This document shows, piece after piece, positions 7,529 through 13,324 of a stretch of 13,324 nucleotides of DNA; the stretch's first letter is position 1, and every line of letters begins with the position of its first letter. A program made the position numbers and the translations under genes. Source of the DNA: Flavobacteriales bacterium (GTDB lineage Bacteria > Bacteroidota > Bacteroidia > Flavobacteriales_G > JALEGO01); the NCBI GenBank assembly GCA_022763165.1, contig JALEGO010000294.1, forward strand, positions 1 through 13,324, given 5' to 3'. The notes under the pieces were generated by a model. That model searched no databases and had not been told where the DNA came from. It saw nothing but the letters and a program-made list of their open reading frames with translations.

Positions 7529-7592
7529 ATTTAGTTTAAAGTTTAAAGCTGAAGGCTAAAGGTCTTCCATCAAAAAATGACTACAGGTTTAT

Positions 7593-8300
7593 TCAGCTAT
7601 TCAAACCCATTTTCTCCTTCAGTGCTGCTAAGGCGTCTGTTGCTGCTGTTTTTTCAGAACCTTCCAAAGCCTTATCAATTTCATCATCTACTGACCTGCT
7701 TTCATCTGCAATTTCACCATAAGCTTCTGCTAAAGCCTCAGATTCAGCAACTTTATCTCTCATTCTCTCCAACATAGCAATGGTATCAGAACCATCGATT
7801 TGCGCCATTTGCTTATTGAGTTTTTCAGTGGCCGCACTAACCTTCACTCTAGCCTTTAGCGTTTTCAGCTCGTTTTCCCATTTGCTGATATTGTGTCGAA
7901 TGCTCCTGATGTTTTGTTCTAGTTGAGAAATATTGCCATCAAATTTCTCACGTTCAGCTTTGGCCCTAGCAGCTTGCTGAATAGCCTCCTCCTTTTTGAC
8001 GAGCGCCTCAGTTGCAAGCCGATCAGCTTCAACAATATCCAAGTCTCCTTTTTGAGCCTTTTGCAATAAAAGCATTGCTTTGTTCTCATACTCTTTGGAC
8101 CGTTCAATTTCCTTCACCTCTTCGTTCTTAGCACGAATTTGCATTGCTTTAACTTCTGCCAAAGCATGAAGGCTTTTATCAAGATCTTCTTTCATATCTC
8201 GAATGCCCTGTTCGGTCAATTTAATTGGATTCTCAAGATGATCCACTGCAGCGTGGGCCTCAGCCTGGCCAATTTTAAAAAGTCTTTTGAAAATATTCAT
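7593..8300 (-). CDS. pspA: PspA/IM30 (Vipp1, phage-shock protein A) family protein, YjfJ-like, 235 aa
   Basis: MNIFKRLFKIGQAEAHAAVDHLENPIKLTEQGIRDMKEDL is the canonical PspA N-terminus (MGIFSRF..I..N.NALLDKAEDP.K...Q.IREME..L). The rest is coiled-coil. The gene sits 12 bp downstream of a YjfI-like gene. Confidence 0.9.
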   Translation of the reverse strand: MNIFKRLFKIGQAEAHAAVDHLENPIKLTEQGIRDMKEDLDKSLHALAEVKAMQIRAKNEEVKEIERSKEYENKAMLLLQKAQKGDLDIVEADRLATEALVKKEEAIQQAARAKAEREKFDGNISQLEQNIRSIRHNISKWENELKTLKARVKVSAATEKLNKQMAQIDGSDTIAMLERMRDKVAESEALAEAYGEIADESRSVDDEIDKALEGSEKTAATDALAALKEKMGLNS

Positions 8301-8312
8301 TGTAGTATATTT

Positions 8313-8705
8313 TTAATTTTTTGAGAACTCTATCAATTCCGATGAATACTCACTTAAGAGTAAACTCAAAGAATTGATGGATCCTTCTAATTCATTTAAG
8401 TCTAGATTTTCGAGTTGCAAAGTATCTCTAAAAATCAAGCGTTTTCCGCTTTCATCCAGAGCAAATGCCCCATGGACAATATCTCTGTTTTTCTGAAGGA
8501 GTTTGGTTAAAATCGTTTCATTCCCATTTAACTCTAAAATGAATTGCTCCATGATTAAAATGGGCTCCGCACATCCTATTACTAATCTGTTTATTCCAGC
8601 TTCTTCATCGTTTATTACTATTACTCCATCTTCAGCATTTTCATGGGTGATTGTGTAATCGAGATCGAGTAAATAGTTTTTCACTTTTTCAAAGTTGCTT
8701 TTCAT
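8313..8705 (-). CDS. YjfI/DUF2170 family protein (YbjN-like fold), 130 aa. This is the canonical upstream partner of the PspA homologue YjfJ.
   Basis: The 130-aa length and pattern GVIVIND.EAGINRLVIGCAEPILIMEQFI ... LLQKNRDIVHGAFALDESGKRLIFRDTLQLENLDLNEL parallel E. coli YjfI (LRITLAG.EELPVFVSLSD.QLVCAVNLW ... LLELNPAVPLSSFGKVGDAYVLFGAL). The yjfI-yjfJ order and spacing are conserved. Confidence 0.65.
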   Translation of the reverse strand: MKSNFEKVKNYLLDLDYTITHENAEDGVIVINDEEAGINRLVIGCAEPILIMEQFILELNGNETILTKLLQKNRDIVHGAFALDESGKRLIFRDTLQLENLDLNELEGSINSLSLLLSEYSSELIEFSKN

Positions 8706-8851
8706 GTATATAAATTATTGTTATTCAAAAATTTGCTTTAAAATTATATCTAAGCATTTAATTATCCAATACCACCCCGCTCAGGAATATTCTATGGCGG
8801 CATGAGATGAGCGCACATATATATTTTTATTTTCATTGTCGTGTTTTTTAC

Positions 8852-8859
8852 TAAATTTG
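8852..8859 (+). promoter_or_regulatory. Candidate Bacteroidota sigma-A -7 box (TAAATTTG = TAnnTTTG) for the XRE regulator gene
   Basis: Exact match to the Bacteroidetes -7 consensus TAnnTTTG, 62 bp upstream of ATG 8921. The operator palindromes lie between it and the start codon. Confidence 0.35.
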
Positions 8860-8871
8860 TTAGGTAAATAT

Positions 8872-8917
8872 ACTAAATATTTTAGTTAAAGCAAATATTT
8901 TTAGTAAAAAACTAAAA
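8872..8917. promoter_or_regulatory. Putative operator array. Palindrome ACTAAA-tat-TTTAGT spans 8872-8886 and palindrome TTTAGT-aaaaa-ACTAAA spans 8900-8916. A fifth ACTAAA half-site lies at 8850-8855.
   Basis: Perfect inverted repeats are visible in the sequence. Five copies of the same hexamer half-site fall within 67 bp, immediately upstream of the HTH regulator's start codon, in the divergent region shared with the psp/flotillin array. Confidence 0.5.
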
Positions 8918-8920
8918 TTT

Positions 8921-9598
8921 ATGTCATTTTTTGGTAAAAATATTAGAAAAATAAGAGGATTTAAAGGCCTTAGTCAGGCTGCGTTTGCAGAAATCTTTGA
9001 CGTGAATCGCTCTAACATAGGAGCCTACGAGGAGGGGAGAGCAGAACCTAAGATCGATCTCATCATAGAAATTGCTAAATATTTTAGCATATCCCTAGAA
9101 GATATGGTAGGGAAAGAGTTGACCATAAATGATATCAGCTCATTCAAGTTGTTTGACGAAGGACCTACAATTAAAAAGGAACAGGAGAGCCCTAAGATAT
9201 TACAACCGATCTTGGTGCGGGCGGTGGATCAGAATTACTATATCAATCATCACAGAGATAAACCAGCACTTGATCAAATGAAAATTAGCAATGACTTTGG
9301 GATTCTAACCTGCGACAGAATTTTTGAACTCACAAGTCCGCTTGATGGTTTAGGACTATCAGCAGGCGACTACGTACTTTGTGACTCAGAACTTGGATCT
9401 GAAGGTTTTGGCATCGGCATTTATAAGGAAGAAATCAAAGCTTTTCGAATTGAAGATATCCTGAATGAGGATTTCAGTGAGTCTTGGCGCATAAATGGTT
9501 ATATCAAAAAAAATCTTACTCACACCTCATTAGAAGCGCGCATGAATCATGTTGAGAAGTCCCTTATTGAATTGAAAGCCAGATTGAAGATCGATTGA
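8921..9598 (+). CDS. XRE-family (Cro/C1-type HTH) transcriptional regulator with a C-terminal LexA/CI-like (S24-type) beta-domain, 225 aa
   Basis: The N-terminus IRKIRGFKGLSQAAFAEIFDVNRSNIGAYEEGRAEPKIDLIIEIAKYFSISLEDM is a textbook HTH_3. The C-terminal SPLDGLGLSAGDYVLCD...GIGIYKEEIKAFRIEDI aligns by eye with LexA GDSMIDAGILDGDLLAV...VVARIDDEVTVKRL. Confidence 0.85.
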   Translation: MSFFGKNIRKIRGFKGLSQAAFAEIFDVNRSNIGAYEEGRAEPKIDLIIEIAKYFSISLEDMVGKELTINDISSFKLFDEGPTIKKEQESPKILQPILVRAVDQNYYINHHRDKPALDQMKISNDFGILTCDRIFELTSPLDGLGLSAGDYVLCDSELGSEGFGIGIYKEEIKAFRIEDILNEDFSESWRINGYIKKNLTHTSLEARMNHVEKSLIELKARLKID

Positions 9599-9637
9599 CG
9601 TTAAAAATTTCCTACTTTCGGCAAATAGAAAGATAAA

Positions 9638-10378
9638 ATGGAGCAAAACAGCGGCAAACCACTGGGGCAAGGGGTCAGAACAATGGGACTGGAAGATCAA
9701 GCGCCTGATTGTGAAATCTACATCAACACTAAGATTTATGATTTAAAGGAATTGGTCAGCGGTAAGAGAGTTGTTGACATTGGATGTGGTTATGGCAGAA
9801 ACAAACAAATGGTCGAGTCCCTGAACGGGGAATGGATTGGAGTCGAACCATTTGAAGGTGGCGCACATACGGTTAAAGCTGATGCTGAAAACCTTCCTTT
9901 TGAAGATAACTCTTTTGATATTGCTATTATGGATGCTGTTTTGGAACATATCCCTGATGTTGGAAAGGCATTCAATGAGGTATCTAGGGTACTCAAACCT
10001 GGTGGCTTATTTGTTGGATACGTAGCATTTATGGAGTGTTTTCATGAAATCTCCTATTCCCACCTTTCGTTTAAAGCTTTGGAACACTATTCTAATATCA
10101 ACAATATGACCCTTAAGAAGGTCTCTGGTGGGAAAAGGTTTGGCATTGACTATCACCTTAATGTCATATTTTACCCTTTACCATTTAAAATGATGCGAGG
10201 ACTCATTGCGTCTTCTATCCGAACAACAATAAAGCTTAAATCAAAACTGGCTTACCTTGGTCTACGATATAAACGCAAACTGGACAGACAAGAAGCGAAA
10301 CGATTATCCTCATTGTATTACAAAATCGAATGCCTAAGACAATCCAATGGATTTTCTTATGTCATTGAAAAGAATTAA
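9638..10378 (+). CDS. Class I SAM-dependent methyltransferase (Methyltransf_11/25-like), 246 aa
   Basis: Motif I is VVDIGCGYGRN, post-I is EWIGVEPFE, motif II is FDIAIMDAVLEHIPD and motif III is LKPGGLFVG. Confidence 0.8.
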   Translation: MEQNSGKPLGQGVRTMGLEDQAPDCEIYINTKIYDLKELVSGKRVVDIGCGYGRNKQMVESLNGEWIGVEPFEGGAHTVKADAENLPFEDNSFDIAIMDAVLEHIPDVGKAFNEVSRVLKPGGLFVGYVAFMECFHEISYSHLSFKALEHYSNINNMTLKKVSGGKRFGIDYHLNVIFYPLPFKMMRGLIASSIRTTIKLKSKLAYLGLRYKRKLDRQEAKRLSSLYYKIECLRQSNGFSYVIEKN

Positions 10379-10438
10379 GACTTTTATATCTTATTGTATT
10401 ACTAAGCGAGACTTATAGATTTCGCGGTTCTGAATCAA

Positions 10439-10464
10439 TCTCACAAAGTACGTTCCTCGTGAGA
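10439..10464 (+). terminator. Weak hairpin (tctcac-N14-gtgaga with nested cctc/gagg) 60 bp after the methyltransferase stop. Possible terminator; the T-tract is poor.
   Basis: Inverted repeat seen in the sequence, followed only by aaatttt. Confidence 0.2.
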
Positions 10465-10504
10465 GGTCAAGTGACAAATTTTCAGCTGCTATCAGCCAAA
10501 TTCT

Positions 10505-10512
10505 TACCTTTG
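10505..10512 (+). promoter_or_regulatory. Candidate -7 box TACCTTTG (TAnnTTTG) 16 bp upstream of ATG 10528 of the AI-2E transporter
   Basis: Consensus match. It lies inside the 5' extension of track ORF 10459..11601, which argues that the true start is Met24 at 10528. Confidence 0.3.
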
Positions 10513-10527
10513 CCCGGAATTAGCAAG

Positions 10528-11601
10528 ATGAAAAAGAACCTGAATACCATTAAAAATGTACTATTACTTTTTGCCGTGATTTTGGTACTTTATCTCGTGA
10601 AGGTACTAGCCACTCTATTGATTCCCCTAGCCCTCGCTCTTTTCGTTGCACTGCTTCTACAACCGCTGATTGCATGGTTTCAATCTAAAAACTGGCCCTT
10701 AGGGTGGACCATTGTTGCAATCTCCCTAATGACAACCTCAGCCTTAGGGCTGTTAGGTCTAATGTTTGCCAATACAGGCGGAAAGTTCATTGCAGAAAAG
10801 GATAATTTGCTCCAGATGATCAACGATAAACTGGATATTGTATTTGTATATGTGGAACAATGGACTGGGGAAAAGCTGAGCCTGCTGGATATAGAAACCT
10901 ATGTTTCAACACACCTTTCATCTGATTTACTTATCACTTCTTCAGAAAAATTCGCAGATTCTCTAGGAGGTTTTTTCGGGATGTTTTTTATGGCTTCACT
11001 ATACCTGATGGCATTGCTTGGAAGTATTATGAAATATGAACAATTTCTGAGTTATTTAGGAAATGATCAGAAAAAAAGCTCAAGTCTCATCTCAGCTTTT
11101 GAGACGGTCAAAAATTCAATAGTTGGCTATATAAAGGTTAAATTCTTTGTTAGCTTTTTGACCGGATTAGGCTTCTTTATCGTTTGTCTGATCTTTGGTA
11201 TAGACTTCCCATTGTTTTGGGGATTTCTGGCGTTCATTTTGAATTTCATCCCCACAGTAGGCTCCGTGATAGCCACTTTACCCCCTGTTCTAATGGGGCT
11301 TATACAGTTAGAACACATGTGGGAGATCGTGTTGTTATTGGTGCTTTTAGGAGGGGTTCAAGTGGTATTTGGAAGTGTTTTGGAACCTAAGCTACTGGGT
11401 GACAGGCTCTCATTGAGTACAGTAGTTGTGATCTTTGGGCTTGTATTTTGGGGATATCTTTGGGGTGTGGTTGGAATGATCCTATCAGTGCCTCTCTTAG
11501 TATTAACCAAGGTAATCTTAAGTCAATTTCCAGATGCAGATATGTTGGTTAGGCTTATTGGGGTAGATAACACAACAACCATTAAAAAAACCAAAATTTA
11601 A
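10528..11601 (+). CDS. AI-2E family transporter (UPF0118/PerM/YhhT-like), about 357 aa from the preferred start; track ORF starts at 10459
   Basis: Multi-TM protein. The family-typical C-terminal block LSLSTVVVIFGLVFWGYLWGVVGMILSVPLLVLTKVIL matches the AI-2E consensus l.p.vv..sl.fwg.lwGi.G..la.Pl.a.lkv.l. The N-terminus MKKNLNTIKNVLLLFAVILV is a plausible start. Confidence 0.85.
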   Translation: MKKNLNTIKNVLLLFAVILVLYLVKVLATLLIPLALALFVALLLQPLIAWFQSKNWPLGWTIVAISLMTTSALGLLGLMFANTGGKFIAEKDNLLQMINDKLDIVFVYVEQWTGEKLSLLDIETYVSTHLSSDLLITSSEKFADSLGGFFGMFFMASLYLMALLGSIMKYEQFLSYLGNDQKKSSSLISAFETVKNSIVGYIKVKFFVSFLTGLGFFIVCLIFGIDFPLFWGFLAFILNFIPTVGSVIATLPPVLMGLIQLEHMWEIVLLLVLLGGVQVVFGSVLEPKLLGDRLSLSTVVVIFGLVFWGYLWGVVGMILSVPLLVLTKVILSQFPDADMLVRLIGVDNTTTIKKTKI

Positions 11602-11632
11602 TTTTAGTAGATAATTTCGTACCTTAGAGAGG

Positions 11633-12010
11633 ATGAATGTTTTGAGGATCATAATCGCTTTAATGTACTTGCTATCAACCAATGGCTTGGTTTTTAGTGC
11701 TCATTACTGTGCTGGCGACCTTAGTAAGGTTTCTATCGTGGAAAAGGACTTATCATGCTGTTGTGGCGATAAAGATATGTCTGATTGCTGCGAAAATGAC
11801 ACCAAGTTTCTGGAACAGTCAGCTCCAGGAGTAGATCTCAAATCCGAGCTGAAATTCATTTGCTTATCCGAAAGATTATATTCGACAGATTATTGTCTTC
11901 AAAAAATTGATGAGCAAGCGAATACTCAAGCAAACCCTTCTAATGGTCCACCAGGGGTCAGGAAGATCAGCTTTTTTCGCCTGTTTTCTTGTCCTCTACA
12001 TTATGCTTGA
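11633..12010 (+). CDS. HYC_CC_PP family small secreted Cys-rich protein, 125 aa
   Basis: A signal peptide (MNVLRIIIALMYLLSTNGLVFSA) is followed by HYC (AHYCAGD), CC (SCCCGD, DCCEND) and PP (NGPPGV) motifs in the order that names this Bacteroidota family. Placement next to an HMA-like protein and a TonB-dependent receptor is typical. The family assignment is from memory of NCBI annotation and has not been searched. Confidence 0.6.
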   Translation: MNVLRIIIALMYLLSTNGLVFSAHYCAGDLSKVSIVEKDLSCCCGDKDMSDCCENDTKFLEQSAPGVDLKSELKFICLSERLYSTDYCLQKIDEQANTQANPSNGPPGVRKISFFRLFSCPLHYA

Positions 12011-12060
12011 TAATCGATTTTTATTTCAAGAAATTATTTAAAAATCAAAATTGTTAAGAA

Positions 12061-12393
12061 ATGAATACTTTAAAATATATGTTTATCGGAATGTTCTGCT
12101 TCATAGGGCTTGCAGGGTATTCGGAAGTTAACACAGATACTCTTACAGTGAAAGGGTCTTGTGAAAAATGTGAAATGCAAATTGAGGAAGCAGCAATGCG
12201 TGTGAAAGGTGTCAAAGCCGCTGATTGGGAAAAGGGCTCAAATTTGCTAATCGTAAAATATAACCCTTCAAAAGTTGGCCTTGCCGAAATTGACAAGGCT
12301 GTTCAGGGCTCACAACATTGTGCTCCAATGAAGTCTTGTGGAGCGGCAACAAAAGGTTGCTGCAAATCTAAAGCATCTCCAAAGAAGGAATAG
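12061..12393 (+). CDS. Heavy-metal-associated (HMA)-like domain protein with a variant metal-binding motif (GSCEKCE) and a Cys-rich C-terminal tail (HCAPMKSCGAATKGCCKSK); signal peptide present
   Basis: TLTVKGSCEKCEMQIEEAAMRVKGVKAADWEKGSNLLIVKY resembles the HMA beta-alpha-beta-beta-alpha-beta core (compare GMTCxxC ... V..v.vd...g...V) but with SCxxC. Confidence 0.55.
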   Translation: MNTLKYMFIGMFCFIGLAGYSEVNTDTLTVKGSCEKCEMQIEEAAMRVKGVKAADWEKGSNLLIVKYNPSKVGLAEIDKAVQGSQHCAPMKSCGAATKGCCKSKASPKKE

Positions 12394-12394
12394 C

Positions 12395-13324
12395 ATGAGG
12401 ATATTGATGTACTTGATTCTGGCTTTTGCAAGCCAGAATCTATGTGCTCAAGTTGTTTCAGGTGAGATTAAAGATCATAGTGGTGAACCCTTAGTAGGGG
12501 CCAATGTTTACTGGTTAAAATATCAAAAAGTAACCGCTTCAGACGAAAACGGACATTTTAGCATCCCATTTGAGGGAGAGGATGCACTGATTGTAAGTTT
12601 TATCGGTTTTAAGGCTGACACAATTCCATTGGAACAGCCGAGAAACATCATAGTAAATTTAATCTCTAGTGTTGAACTTGAGTCATTTGAAGTGAAGAGT
12701 CGGACCTCTTCTACAGAGATTTCAATGTTGAAACCCCTTCAGGTCCAAACCCTAAATGAAAAGGAACTTGGTAAAGCAGCTTGCTGTAATTTATCCGAAT
12801 CATTTGAAACTAATGCTTCAGTGGATGCTCATTTCACAGATGCGATCAGTGGTTATAGGCATATTAGTCTTTTAGGTTTAAAAGGGAAGTACGTTCTGTT
12901 TTCTCGAGAACTCATCCCCACCTTTCAGGGTATTAATAATATAACAGGATTAACATACACGCCTGGCTCATGGCTGAGCAGCATTCAAATATCGAAGGGG
13001 GTGGGTTCTGTTGTTAGCGGATATCAGGGCATCACAGGACAAATCAACTTTGAGTTAAAAAAACCTTCTCTTAAAGACAGATTTTATCTCAATATGTATG
13101 GCAACCAAGGAGGTAGGCTTGAGCTCAATTCTGATCTGAGCTACAAACTTAGTGACAAAGTTCAAGCTATGGTGCTGTTGCATGCAAGCACCAGAACTAT
13201 AGAAAACGACAGAAATCAAGATGGTTTCTTAGACAATCCTTTGACTAAGCAATACAACTTCATCAATCGATATCATTTTCTAGAAACCAATGGATGGATG
13301 GGTCAAGCCGGACTTCATGTCATC
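12395..13324 (+). CDS. TonB-dependent outer-membrane receptor, N-terminal 310 aa (signal peptide, carboxypeptidase-regulatory-like domain, plug); 3' end beyond the window
   Basis: Manual translation is stop-free to the window end: MRILMYLILAFASQNLCAQVVSGEIKDHSGEPLVGANVYWLKYQKVTASDENGHFSI... (CarbopepD_reg-like). This is followed by FEVKSRTSSTEISMLKPLQVQTLNEKELGKAACCNLSESFETNASVD and plug-like sequence. The ATG lies 1 nt after the previous stop. Confidence 0.8.
   Translation, partial: MRILMYLILAFASQNLCAQVVSGEIKDHSGEPLVGANVYWLKYQKVTASDENGHFSIPFEGEDALIVSFIGFKADTIPLEQPRNIIVNLISSVELESFEVKSRTSSTEISMLKPLQVQTLNEKELGKAACCNLSESFETNASVDAHFTDAISGYRHISLLGLKGKYVLFSRELIPTFQGINNITGLTYTPGSWLSSIQISKGVGSVVSGYQGITGQINFELKKPSLKDRFYLNMYGNQGGRLELNSDLSYKLSDKVQAMVLLHASTRTIENDRNQDGFLDNPLTKQYNFINRYHFLETNGWMGQAGLHVI

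Noticed and set aside
7529-7592. Possible intrinsic terminator between the PspA and YqiJ-like genes (gaaggc-taaa-ggtcttc hairpin)
   Set aside because: On the transcribed minus strand the T-run (cattttttg) precedes rather than follows the weak 6-bp stem. This is more likely simple intergenic sequence within an operon.
6963-8324. Antisense or overlapping track ORFs 6963..7208(+), 7215..7559(+), 7577..7777(+), 7919..8107(-), 8139..8324(+)
   Set aside because: All overlap the well-supported YqiJ-like and PspA genes on the opposite strand or in another frame. Their products are low complexity, for example the S/K/I repeats mirroring the acidic insert.
9743-10025. Track ORFs 9743..9949(-), 9790..9996(-) and 9837..10025(+) inside the methyltransferase gene
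   Set aside because: They overlap a CDS with intact SAM-methyltransferase motifs. These are alternative-frame artefacts.
11127-11390. Track ORFs 11127..11318(-) and 11184..11390(+) inside the AI-2E transporter gene; 12054..12296(-) opposite the HMA-like gene; 203..412(+), 755..943(+) and 3296..3478(+)
   Set aside because: Each is embedded in or antisense to a longer, family-supported ORF (the giant ORF, GIY-YIG, AI-2E, HMA-like). None has a recognisable motif.
1-13324. Transposases, integrases, tRNA/rRNA genes and prophage hallmarks
   Set aside because: No ORF with DDE, tyrosine or serine recombinase motifs was seen. No cloverleaf-like tRNA candidates or rRNA-like conserved stretches were noticed. 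The GIY-YIG gene alone is not evidence of an IS element.

Overview
The window is AT-rich with no Shine-Dalgarno sequences and looks like Bacteroidota accessory DNA. Gene content supports this: a HYC_CC_PP protein, a TonB-dependent receptor with an N-terminal carboxypeptidase-regulatory-like domain, and an AI-2E transporter. All annotation was done by eye from the sequence; no searches were run.

The left two thirds (1-8705) is a minus-strand gene array. In transcription order it reads: a YjfI/DUF2170 (YbjN-like) protein, a PspA/IM30 (YjfJ-like) protein, a YqiJ/NfeD-like membrane protein, a 698-aa flotillin (YqiK-like SPFH), then a 246-bp structured spacer. After the spacer come a YbjQ family protein, a 44-aa membrane ORF coupled to it, a TerB-like protein and a small GIY-YIG nuclease. 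The GIY-YIG gene sits inside a cluster of about 80-bp palindromic REP-like repeats. The array ends with a giant uncharacterised ORF of at least 966 codons that runs off the window edge, which is why it is absent from the supplied ORF track.

This joins the E. coli yjfIJ and yqiJK envelope-stress modules in one locus and adds unknown partners; the giant protein is the candidate novel component.

An XRE-family HTH regulator with a LexA/CI-like C-terminal domain is transcribed divergently from the array. The region between its promoter and start codon carries five ACTAAA/TTTAGT half-sites arranged as two palindromes, a likely operator array.

The right third encodes a class I SAM methyltransferase, an AI-2E family transporter, and a putative metal-acquisition trio. 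The trio is a HYC_CC_PP protein, an HMA-like Cys-rich protein and a TonB-dependent receptor that is 3'-truncated at the window end. No rRNA, tRNA, CRISPR or transposase genes were seen.
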